From Oikopleura dioica (lineage: Eukaryota > Animalia > Chordata), in contig OU015568.1 of NCBI GenBank assembly GCA_907165135.1, positions 9,920,001 to 9,984,000 on the forward strand: a stretch of DNA of 64,000 nucleotides, read 5' to 3'. Positions 44,353 to 55,015 of this stretch are shown here, piece by piece. Below the pieces are notes generated by a model. It was not told the origin of the DNA. It saw only the letters and a program-made list of their open reading frames with translations, and did not search any database. The position numbers and the translations under genes are program-made. Positions within the stretch are counted from its first letter, which is position 1, and each line of letters opens with the position of its first letter.

Positions 44353-44635
44353 TTAAAAAAAGCGCGTCCATGAAGTCGTAGCGGTCTAGATTGACCTCGT
44401 GATATGGAATCCTAAGACGCGTTTTTTTAGGTTGCAATTCAATAACTTTAGACTTGAAGTGGTTGACGGCCCAAAATGGAGCTTACAAAAAAATCGCATC
44501 GCATTAGATTTGTTAATTTTACTAAATAATGAACGCGCACCTGTTTTCTTCAAAAGTTTTATAAAGAAGCTGTGTTAATTATAAAAAGAAAGACAGGTTA
44601 CCCAGCAATTCGAACAAGATTTTACTCAAAAATAC

Positions 44636-45205
44636 TTATTGAAAATAGTTTAAACCTTTTATCGTGAGTTCTGGGTCGTATGGAATTTTGATTCTGTTGT
44701 CGCTAACTGTTTTCATTTCAAAAAATAGCCTTCCACTTTTCTCCTTCAACAAACTATTATTTGGTTTGTTTGATTTAATTTTCTTGGCAGTGTCAGTATC
44801 AATAGCATCAACGAACTCAGCTTTACCAGTCTCTTCGAAATTATGATCAACGCCAAAGTCGATATCCACAGTCAGTAGGCTTTCGCTTACAAGAGTAAGA
44901 ATAACCACATAGAGGTAGTCCAACACATGAAAAGCAAAGGTCACGTCAGCGTCAGATCTATTGACTTTGGCGTTGCCCGAGAACCGAGATTTCCCGGGCA
45001 ATGCCACGCGAAAGCAAGAATGCTTGAGTTTTGAACCAGCAATCTTGACTAAAATATGTATAAATTTTGTATTTTCTTCATTGTCTTGACGTTTAATACA
45101 GTTTTTTTCCTCTTTTGTGGACCCCAATTTTGTGGGCATTTTCTTCATTTTAAGGGGTTTATGTGGGACACTTTTGCAAAGATGATGTTCCACTTTTGTG
45201 GACAT
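44636..45205 (-). CDS. orphan ORF of uncertain status
   Basis: Open ~190 codons, but the N-terminus overlaps a repeat array and no motif is recognised. Confidence 0.3.
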   Translation of the reverse strand: MSTKVEHHLCKSVPHKPLKMKKMPTKLGSTKEEKNCIKRQDNEENTKFIHILVKIAGSKLKHSCFRVALPGKSRFSGNAKVNRSDADVTFAFHVLDYLYVVILTLVSESLLTVDIDFGVDHNFEETGKAEFVDAIDTDTAKKIKSNKPNNSLLKEKSGRLFFEMKTVSDNRIKIPYDPELTIKGLNYFQ

Positions 45206-45484
45206 TTTCCCTGGTGAAAAAAATTTAGAGGTAAAAACAGCGTATTTTTTCAAAAATCCTTTGTTTTTTCTAAGACAATGATGGCTTTTGAGGATCATTT
45301 AACCGACTTTAGTAAAATAAATAAGAAAGAAAATGCGTTTCAAGGATGAAATTTGCTATTTTTACGTAGAAACTAATGGGACCGAAAAATTTTAAGCCTC
45401 TACGGTGGGACATTTTTTTTGAGACTCTTGCCCACTTTTGTGGACATTTTTGAGAAAATTTGGGACAAAAAATGTCCACAAAAG
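45110..45484. repeat. array of TTTTGTGGACATTTT motifs with a 17-bp perfect inverted repeat
   Basis: CCACTTTTGTGGACATTTT identical at 45190 and 45432; CTTTTGTGGACATTTTT (45435-45451) pairs with AAAAATGTCCACAAAAG (45468-45484); degenerate copies near 45111-45170 and 45402. Confidence 0.7.
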
Positions 45485-46328
45485 AGGAAAATAACTGTAT
45501 TTAAAAAAATTGCTTTCTGAAGGTTTGATCATTTGATTATTATAAACTTACATCGTAGAACATCATCTGCTACTGGCTCAACATCACAACCACCCTCATT
45601 TTTGCTAGACATTGCCCGGGCTAAAATTAGAAATTTTCTCTTTTAGATCTATTTGGGTCTGAGCTCGCGAGCGCGGAGCTCCGTTTATATGGAAGAAAAG
45701 GAAAATCGCGTGGCATTTCAAACACTCACAACCAATTACTAGCCTCGAGCAGAATAAGCGCAAATGCGCTAGTATTGATGCTTGTCAAAAAGGGATAAGA
45801 GGACTACTTGAAATTCAATAAAATTTTGATCAAGACCACTCCCGAATAAATAGTCATTTTTCCTAGAAAATCCCTTTTTACTAAAGAAAAAAGGGAAAGT
45901 TAGCAAATATTTGATAGCTTTGGGCGTAACATTGACTGGGCGTAGTACCCGGCGTACCATGTGAGTGACTATCAAAGAAGAACTCGACAAAGTTACTTCA
46001 AGAAAACAACTTGACCTCTAAAAAGGAAAGTTAAATGTGTTTGCACGTTTCACCTTTCATTATTTACATTAACACCTCATAATGTTTGATGATAATAGCA
46101 ACTTGCAAAAAATAATTACAAGCATAAAATTGGCCTAAGATTCTTTACAAAACCACTTTGCGTATTAAATACGCGGTAATTTTGACATGTTAGCTAGCTG
46201 TATTTATAAAGATGGTGGAGCAATTGAGAAAAGGCGCTATCGCGCTTACTCCTTAAAACAAGCAGACATATTGACTGTATTCAAAAATGAAGAACTAGTT
46301 GTTTTATAAGTTTCTTCAAAAATTCAAA

Positions 46329-46816
46329 ATGAAGTTTTTCATTTTTCTTTATTTCACAATTTTTTCTTTCGTCAAGGCCCAAATGTCTGAATCTTGGCTT
46401 CAGAAACTACTCAGAGATGCTGTCGAAACTTACTCAGGAATGATAGGAGACTATGCAGACTAAAAATCATTGTACAAATATTTTTTATGATTTAATCAAT
46501 CTTATCTATTTGCTCAATTTAAGAGATGACGTCTAAGCAATTCATAAAATCTCAGTAAAGGGAAAATTTTATGAAGATAATCACTTGCTTATTTTTACGA
46601 TTGGCGGAAACACTAAAAACAGATCACATACCTATGAGTGTTGCCTTGATCGTTATGAATATCAATTCAAATCCGTAAATATATGAACATTAATTCTTAA
46701 ATGAATATGTTCCTAAATCATAGAAAGGCGTAGTTTATGAACGAAGACTGGGTGAAAAAATGGACCATCATTTTGGAGGTGAAAGAAGGAAACCCAAGTT
46801 AGCCCGTCTTATTTAA
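46329..46816 (+). CDS. small secreted protein, 3 exons (absent from ORF track)
   Basis: Signal MKFFIFLYFTIFSFVKA. GA-AG intron 46438-46537 and a GT-AG intron join ...AVETYS|AIHKISVKGKF...TYECCLDRYEYQFKS|KGVVYERR...KLARLI* in frame. Confidence 0.65.
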
Positions 46817-47370
46817 CAGTCGTTTTTGAAAATAACTTCTAGCTCATCAGCGAAAAAGCCATGCACGCGTGTATCATGCTCTCATTATCTTCAACGCAGA
46901 TATCACTATCAAAATTGACGTGAATACAGTAACCATGACACCAAATGTCTTCAAGACTGTATTGCAATCGCATTCAGATATTGTCTTTTCATTTATTTAT
47001 CAGGTTCAGAAGGCTGCTGTATAAAAAATCCGCTTTCCCAAGTATAAAGTCCACTGGTTGTCTCCGTCGCGAATTTTGTCGAGTATGCAGCCGTGTTTTC
47101 AAATGTTTGACCGTTTATCGTCACTTTCGATGTAGGATCTTAATTGGTTCTGACAGCTCTATCAATATGTTATATGAAAAAATCAGTTTAGAAAAACTTT
47201 CAATAATCATTGTCGAAGTTTGAAACGCTGAAATAACTTTTACCTCTGCCGTGAGCTTTGAAAGCTTCTTCCTGTAGGTGAATATAGGATCGCTGGAAAA
47301 TACTCGATCGTTGAACAAAGGTTCCAGCTATTCCGCGCTGCGAACTATATAAATCTAAACAATTATTATC

Positions 47371-48201
47371 CTACAATTCCGTTGTTCTACTTTTACCTTT
47401 CCCTTTCCTAGTTAGGACTCCTCCTGAGATAAGTAGATCGCCATTTGGTTTTCTGTAGTTCAAGTCTATAGCACTACTGTGAGAGCCAGCTCGAAGCATC
47501 GGATAATCAGAGGGCAAGACGACACTATGAAAGAGCCTTGGGGAGTTCGGTTTCTTATATTTCGGGACAGCTGTTTCGCCGAAAAGCTGCACTGTTGGAA
47601 TCCAGCGCTTCTTCGCCTTGATCAAGTCTCGTCTGTCTCGAAGCAGAGGAATAGAATCGTTATAGTATGCTCCGTATCCAAAATATGCGAGTTTTTCTGG
47701 GTCTGGAGCGCAGAAACCAGCTTCAGTCTCTACGTTCCACGCAACAGTACTTTCTTCGAAATCAGTCAGATTCGCGGCGCCTTGATCAATTATTAGCTCT
47801 CTCATTTTCGCCTTTGGGCTGAAGCTTCTGTGGACCACAGTATAGTTGCTGAAGATTATCATATTTGAGAGACTGGCGATTCCATTTTGAAAGAAATACT
47901 CAGGCCTATGAATCGTCATGCCAGCAATAAGAACAGTATGAAAGGGCGGCAAATCTCCATGCGTTGATTCCAGTACTGGTAGAACTTCTGTAAGAGCTTC
48001 TGACATGCTCTCAACTGTGAGGGAACTTTTTGATTCTCGGATTGTATCGTAAATCTTTTGAATGTATTCTCTATCTGCCAGGGGTCCCATCACTTCGTCG
48101 ATGTCTTCTGCGCTCGTCAAAGTTGCATCAACCAGCATTCTAACGTTTTTGCCATAGAGAGCAACTGCCACGCGGAATTCGAAATCAAGAAGGAGTGACA
48201 T
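47371..48201 (-). CDS. orphan intronless ORF, 276 aa
   Basis: ATG-initiated long ORF with globular-protein composition; no recognised motif. Confidence 0.65.
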   Translation of the reverse strand: MSLLLDFEFRVAVALYGKNVRMLVDATLTSAEDIDEVMGPLADREYIQKIYDTIRESKSSLTVESMSEALTEVLPVLESTHGDLPPFHTVLIAGMTIHRPEYFFQNGIASLSNMIIFSNYTVVHRSFSPKAKMRELIIDQGAANLTDFEESTVAWNVETEAGFCAPDPEKLAYFGYGAYYNDSIPLLRDRRDLIKAKKRWIPTVQLFGETAVPKYKKPNSPRLFHSVVLPSDYPMLRAGSHSSAIDLNYRKPNGDLLISGGVLTRKGKGKSRTTEL

Positions 48202-48582
48202 TCGCTTTTTATCGGATGAGTATACTGTCTTTTGATTTCAAAAATAAATGAGAAAATATATAACTTCCTAAAGCAAATTAAAAGCCTCCCTCGGGTGTTA
48301 TAGAATCCGCTCTATCCAAGCCTGAAATATAAGCTGATATACAAATAATGGCAGAGTGTCGGCAAATGACTTCCCATATTTATCCATGTAAACGATAGAC
48401 GCTACATCTACCAAAACGAAGAGAGATCTCTTCTCGCAAACTGTTAATAGGTTTAGCTTGTCGATCGCCTTTATGTTGAGTCTTGATAATGCGCCTTTAT
48501 TCGTCTATGATTTCATAGCATCAGCCGTATTAGTATTTTGAACTCATGCCTGGGTTACATCGAAGTTATGGAGAATATGCCC

Positions 48583-48918
48583 CTAAAATGCGTCAGTTAT
48601 AATTTCAAGGATTATATAAACCTGAGTTGTTCCCTTATTAAATGTCAGGTAGGCACGAAGCATGGTAATTGCGGACTCCTGTTTGACAGCATGGACCAGT
48701 TTATTTTGAGTTAAATCCCTCCAATCTTTAGAGCGGATTAGCAATCTTGTAAACTCACCTGAAACAAGTTTGCCTCGGAGACTAGGTAAGAATGACATAA
48801 CAAAGGGTCTAACCGTCAAGGGAAAGGTTGACAAGGGTCGGTAAGAAAAGCACGAAGGTTGACGCAAAATGACGCAAATCTTAGACTCGCGGGCTAATTT
48901 GTTTTCCCAAACATGCAT
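48583..48918 (-). CDS. orphan ORF, 111 aa
   Basis: ATG-initiated ORF only; no motif. Confidence 0.3.
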   Translation of the reverse strand: MHVWENKLARESKICVILRQPSCFSYRPLSTFPLTVRPFVMSFLPSLRGKLVSGEFTRLLIRSKDWRDLTQNKLVHAVKQESAITMLRAYLTFNKGTTQVYIILEIITDAF

Positions 48919-49563
48919 TCCCCTGAAGGAAGACGAATAACGTCAATTGCAGGTGATTATTTACGATAAAAAGGATGATTCTAGCCAGATAGACAATCAC
49001 AAAATTATTTTTAACGATAACTAATTGATTTACGTAGACTAAGAGAGTCACGATATGACTGAGTTCTTTGTAAAGACTGAGTAGTAGTTTAAATTGTAGA
49101 ATTTAGAAGTTTAATCATAAGATGAACGTCAAATGAAAGTGTCAGTTTCTCTTCAAAAGATATATTATCGGCTTGAATGACACAAAAGTCAAGTGCTTTT
49201 CAAGGCATTTTACGAATCCGTAACGACAAAGTCTCTGTCTTTCGTATGAATCCCCCTTGTAATTGGTGGTGCTGAGCATGCATTACAAGGTCCTTCTGCT
49301 TGAACATTTGAAAAAAGTATCAAGATTAAAAATTCTCGCATTTTTGAGGAAGTTTTGATTGCAAAGACTGCGCTTTCGTAATATTTGCTAAATGTGTCAG
49401 CCATTTTTCCGAGCAACTATTTATTTTACAGGGGTGTTAGTACAGGCAAAGAATGGCGATAATTGAATAGATAAGCAGAAAACTTCATAACATAAGAAAA
49501 GGCGAAACAGAATTTTAGAGAATTAGCTTTTTCCGTTTTCGCTTTTGAGCTGTAGGCTTTGTG

Positions 49564-49845
49564 TTACTGCGATCCTTTTTTGATCTTCTCTTCCTTGATT
49601 TTCATGAAGGCTTTGAGCATTCGGAGGTTTTTCGCGACAAATTCAGGCGAGTACTTTTCCAGCACTTCCTTGTCGAACTTCATTTCGTCGTCGTAATTGG
49701 TCTTGATGCGGAACTTTCCGTCAGGAAGCTCTTCCACAGTGAATTCAAGAGTCTTTTCTTTGGCGAGGTTGAAAAACATCATTTTCAAAAAGTCAATTTT
49801 GATATTTTTATTGAGGGTTTGGATGATTTTTCTTGTTTCTCGCAT
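49564..49845 (-). CDS. orphan Lys/Glu-rich ORF, 93 aa
   Basis: TTTCTAACCATG context; coding-like codon usage (GAG/AAG/TTC rich); no motif. Confidence 0.5.
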   Translation of the reverse strand: MRETRKIIQTLNKNIKIDFLKMMFFNLAKEKTLEFTVEELPDGKFRIKTNYDDEMKFDKEVLEKYSPEFVAKNLRMLKAFMKIKEEKIKKGSQ

Positions 49846-50158
49846 GGTTAGAAAAGCTGATTTTATAGAGCGAGTGGCGCTACAAAGCTGGTGATAAGGA
49901 AGTCGACAGACCTCCCTCTGACTCCTACCTTTTCATCTCGCGCGGAATTTCGGACCGTTCTCATCGACCATGTGAGAATTCAATGTTTTTGGAATCAGTA
50001 TTTCTATCAAAGAAGCCAGGCGCCACTACGGATCTCGACTATCAGTAGGTCATTCTCACGATTTTGACGTCATGAACTCCTACTTTGGTTCATTTACATT
50101 AAAATGCTTGATTTGAATAACTTGAATTCAATTTTATTCGACAAGTAAATGCAGTAAA

Positions 50159-53010
50159 CTAGTCGACCAGCACCCAAAATGAAACTTCGTCAAGTTCAAT
50201 GTTCTGGGTCACATAAATTCCTCCTTGCAAAATCTCATTTGTGAAGTAATTCATCCAAATATTCGCTCTTCCGGGGAGATAAATTTGTCTCTGTCGTTGA
50301 TTTCGCTCTGTTATTGGTGCGACGAGGTACTTTTCGCCAATTATAAACTGCTGGTTCTCCCTATAAATTGCGGGGGATAGAATTTCACTTTCTGAAGCTA
50401 GATAAGATGTCTTTTACTAGGGTCATTATACTGGCAAATATTTTGCTTTTTTTGTAGAATCAAATGAGCCTTTCCGGAGCAATTGGTAAAATATCAGAGC
50501 CGTTGATCAATTTTCTCCAAATATCTTCGTAAATTGGAGCAATGACATCATGATGAAAATCCGTCCAGTACTTACAGATCCTTCTTGTTTCCTCGGATTC
50601 ATATTGCCAGGGTGCCAGAGAAAACTAATCACTTGACTATGATCATCAAACAAAAAAGGGTTGTCACTTCCAACCTTTCGGGATCCCGAATGTTTCGGGA
50701 TTTCCCGAATGTTTCGGGATTACTCCCGAATCTTTCGGGATTTCCCGAACCTTTCGGGATCGCCCGAATCTTTCGGGAGTTTTGTTGAGGATAACGTTAA
50801 AAAAAAGTGGCATAAGTGCCTAATTAAAGCATTTCACTAATCAAAAAGATAACTCTATCTGCCTTCGTCGAATTCGATGGTCTAAGAAGGCCAGACCTTT
50901 TATAAATGTTGAATTTGTAGTCAAAGAGAATGTGTGCGCTCCGCGCCTGTTTTATAGAGAACTTTATGAGATATAGATCTATTTTTTCGAGTTAATTTTC
51001 CGCCTCCATTTGCTTCAATAAAGATGTACTTTGACGTTAATGTTTGGCTTTAAATATTTTCTTGGACAAAAATTATTGAAAATCATCCCCGAAAGGTTCG
51101 AAGACAAAAAGGCCCTTTTTTACTGCGAACGTTTCGGGAAATCCCGAAACATTCGGGATCCCGAAAGGTTGGAAGATTCAACCCAAAAAAAGCACCTGTA
51201 TTGCTGGCATGAATGCAGTAAGCTCAATCCATCGAATGTAAAGTTCTTCTTCAGGGACATAAGTGCATCCAAAACACTCTTCATTCGCGTTTCCCCCAAC
51301 CATATCCGGCAGAATATAGTGATAACCCAGCAGGGAAGCGGTTATAAGATGTGGAATGAGACTTTGGAGTCCATTTTCGGTTCCCCAAACTGAGTCTTTG
51401 TCCATCATTCGCAACTAGAAAAACAAAACTTTCAAATATATGCTTACAGCTCTTACCCAAAGAGGATGGTGTTGGCCTGCCCAAGAAGATCTGATCTCAA
51501 CACTCTCATAAGAGCTTTTGCTGATGCTGTTTATGTAAGCTGATGTCCAGTCTACCGATCTTGAAACATTTCCGTTGGTAATAAAATCACTTGGCATGTA
51601 AGTCGTTTCTCCAGCGTCGAATTTGAACCCATCAAAATCATTACTCTCCATAAAGACTCGCAGATCAGAATGGAACGCATCAGAACATTCATCAGATGTA
51701 AAATCGACCATGCCACCAAGGCCATCCCACCATGGGATGATTTCGAAGACCTCACCATTTCTATCGATTCCTTTCACAAAGCAGTTATTATCGGAGAACT
51801 CGTCGAAATTAGTCGAAAAAATATTGATAAACGGTGTGATCCAAATGGTCACTCTGCTACCATATTCATGGATTCTACTGATCAGGTCGGTCATATTCGG
51901 AAATTTTTCTTTGTCGAAAGAATGATCGCTAAAACAAGTTTCAATAATTATCGAAAATGCATTGAAAATCTACCCGTAGTGCTCTTCGTAGCCATCATCA
52001 ATCTCAAAATTACTGGGCAAGTATCCGTTTGAAACAATATCCTCAAAATACTCCAGGAGTTTATCCTGAGTAATATTTCTTTTAAAAATTGCCCACGTAG
52101 AGAAAATCGGCTTGTAGAGAATTTCCATATCCGGAAGACCAACTGGGCGAGAAGTCTCCGCGAGAAAGTTTTTTTGCAATTCAATGGCGGTATCTTTGAT
52201 GGAGATTTTATAAAGAAGAGTTTCCATCGTTGGTCTTGGAGTTTTTCGAAGCTCAGAATTTTCGAAGTAGAAACTGAGGCAGAATTCATTTGCTTCTCGC
52301 ACTTTAACTTCATTGACGAGAGGAATGATTCGATCTGGGTCGACTGAGATCGAATACGAACCAACAGCTGATTGAGTTATCCAGTAAGGATGAAGAATAT
52401 TTCCATTTACTTCGCGCCACCGAGTGGTATCTTTGGGAGCAAAGGCGGCCTTGTGCATGATATCATATTCGGAAACTCCACCAGGCATGCTTTTATATGG
52501 TTAAAACGAATCTTAGAAAAAAACGAATAAGAATTCCTTTAGGATTACATTTTCGGTGCACGATCAAACTTGGTTAACCTTTTTGAATGATGTCGACCCT
52601 CCCCAAGTGTACGCATCGTGAGAAGGAATAAAACAATTCGTCACAATTGAATCTTCCCAAACTGCTTCTTTTTCTGATTTGAACTCGAAAGAAAAGTCGC
52701 TTTCTGACAGGCGGGTCACATGAGCAGATGATGTTCTAGTGCCATAAAGGTCAATGAAGGTGTAAGACGTCGTATTCCCATTCTGGACAATCTCAGGGTC
52801 AACGAACTGTTGAAAGTTTGTCAGGATCCTGAAGACACTGTTGTCCTTGTATCTTGCTTCAAATGTTATAAAATGGGTGACTGATTCAATCAGGTTGATT
52901 TCTGCTATCTCTTGTGATGATATCAGAGAGAAGAAATAAAAAAGAAAGATCATTTTTTAGAACTCAATACTTACCGGCTGCACTAAGAAATGCGATTGCA
53001 AATAGATTTG
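50159..53010 (-). CDS. GH31 glycosidase, MYORG/KIAA1161-like (5' end uncertain)
   Basis: [25 protein letters not shown] (nucleophile), [12 protein letters not shown] (acid/base), [12 protein letters not shown]...FMPAIQ|[18 protein letters not shown]...IYLPG. One GC-AG intron at 50361-50469. Confidence 0.85.
50659..51184. mobile_element. 526-bp foldback/MITE element with palindromic tandem repeats, inside a GH31 intron
   Basis: TIR GGGTTG(TCA/AAT)CTTCCAACCTTTCGGGATCCCGAATGTTTCGGGATTTCCCGAA (~50 bp), flanked on both sides by AAAAAAA (50652-50658; 51185-51191). Removing the element and one A7 leaves a 38-nt intron. Confidence 0.85.
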
Positions 53011-53301
53011 CATGGCAGTAAAAACGAGCAAAGATTAACTCCCTTGATTTTTCTGTCCCTACAAGCGGAATCAGCAATAACCAGTTTTCTCCCCAAAATA
53101 AGCTCATCAAATATGTTTTTATAAGAAATGGTAGGAATGTTTACGCGCCTTCATTTACCTCAGATGTTTGTCATTATCATTATCGTTTCCATCGATACCG
53201 AAATCTCAAGAAGAAAACAAAATGCATTTATTGGGCTAACCGGAACAAATTTAACTCACATTCAGAATTCTAAAGTCTGACTTTCAGACTCTATTTTAAC
53301 C

Positions 53302-54834
53302 ATGGAAAGAGTTTCAAAAACGAAATAAAAAGATTAAATTGAATATAAAAAGAGAACTCTCTAAAGCTGCTCCAATAGTTCCAGTTCAGGTTCCTCCTGA
53401 TCCTAATCAAATTCAGCCTCCAGCTCAACCTATTCAAGTCCAACCAGTCGTTCCTCCTGTTCAAGTTCAATCAGGAACTGTTCCTATTCAACCAGTTCCT
53501 GCACCGGCCCCTGTCCCTGTTCAGCAACCCCCGTATTACCAGCAGGTTATAAAAATGCTTATTTCTGGTCATTGATTTTATTGAAGCCTCAACTGGTTCA
53601 ACCGACTCCAACTCAGGCTCAACCAGGGCAAATACCGGTCACTGCTCAACCACCGCCGTATACTCCACAGGTGTGTTCAGTAAACCTAGAAGCTAGATTC
53701 TATCCTACAGTGAAACCCCAACTTAAGGCCACTTTTTGGATGACAGCTAATTTGAAAAGTGGCCTTAAGTTGGGTGATTCTCCAACTAAGTTGGATGACG
53801 CTAAAATTTTTCTATTTCTGGAGCAAGGGACTGAATCTGGCCTCGGAATCCTGTACACAGGAACAGGGATTTTATTTTTGGCCCATCTGCGAAACAGGAA
53901 ACAGGATAGGATAAAAAACACAGGAACAGGTCCTGTTTTATGTTTCACAGGCTTTGCAGGCCCGTAAACTCAAATTTCACGGTTTTAATTTTTCCTTGAT
54001 GAATCAAAATTTAGAATTTTTTTCTCGTTATTATCATGTCTACAGACAGTTACAACTATAAAAGCTTCTTTATAACACATTTGAAAGAAATTCCAAGAAA
54101 ATTTTTACGAAAAATATCTTATCCTTCCGATTTCTCGCCTGTTTTCCTGCGATTTACTTACGGTGAATAAAAATTGAAAAAATGTGGCCTAAAGTTGGAT
54201 TTTTTTTGGATGACAGATTTCGGGGGTTTTTCAAAAAAGTGGCCTTAAGTTGCTGGGCCTTAAGTTGGGGTTTCACTGTATTTATGTTTATAGCCTGCTC
54301 AAAATCAGAGTCAAGTTGCTCAATATCCCCCGCCAGCTCAACCAGCCCCTGGTGCTCCGCCACCAACAAATTACAACAACCAACAAACAACGCAGCAAAT
54401 AAATGTTCACCTTCCACCAGCGGCAGCTCCTGCTCCACCTCCAGTTGTGCCAGTATTAACTCAACCCGTCGGCTTTATGCAAGGACGATGGACAAGAAGC
54501 ATGGGAAGCGTTTGTTGCGATGGCAAAACATGCTATGCTATTTTGTAAGCCTAACTTTCATCAAAAATTCTAACGCGTAATTATAAGTTGCACGCCCTGT
54601 GCACGAGGAGAGTCCTCAGAAAAGATGGGAGGGGGCTACTGCTTTGGCTTCATTATGCAATTGTTCTGCCCCTGCATTTCATGCTGCATGCTCTGTGACG
54701 AGCGGAATCGAATTCGCGCAAGATATCACATCCCTGACACTGACTGCTGCTGCACTTGCTGCGCAGTTTGCTGGTGCGAGCCCTGTGTCCTGTCGCAACA
54801 TCTATATCAGCTGGAAGGTATCCGATTCTTCTGA
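53302..54834 (+). CDS. PLAC8/cornifelin-family Cys-rich protein with long Pro/Gln-rich N-terminus
   Basis: C-terminal W..SMGSVCCDGKTCYAIF|CTPCARGE...RNRIRARYHIPDTDCCCTCCAVCWCEPCVLSQ; P/Q-rich exons with PPPY. First intron boundary uncertain. Confidence 0.85.
53708..54278. mobile_element. Tc1/mariner-pogo-type MITE (571 bp) in a PLAC8 intron
   Basis: Perfect 23-bp TIR CAGTGAAACCCCAACTTAAGGCC, TA on both flanks, and subterminal repeats of GGCCTTAAGTTG. Removing it leaves a ~50-nt intron. Confidence 0.92.
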
Positions 54835-55015
54835 CAATAATATAAATATTGTCAATAAACAAAGCGCTTTGAATTAGTATTTTTTTATTTTTTTTTTGTA
54901 CTTTTTAAATCTCTGAGGCAGTAAGAAATTATACAATCATAAGTAAGAAGGCAGTGCGATTGTTTTAAAATATAAACAGAAAGATATGGTATTTGCAGCC
55001 TTAATTTTACACAAT

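Noticed and set aside
48222-48232. ACTCATCC resembling the start of the Oikopleura spliced leader (minus strand)
   Set aside because: Only 8 nt match; no donor or Sm site follows.
50675-50780. CRISPR-like palindromic repeat array
   Set aside because: No unique spacers, no cas genes, eukaryotic intron; it is part of a transposon TIR.
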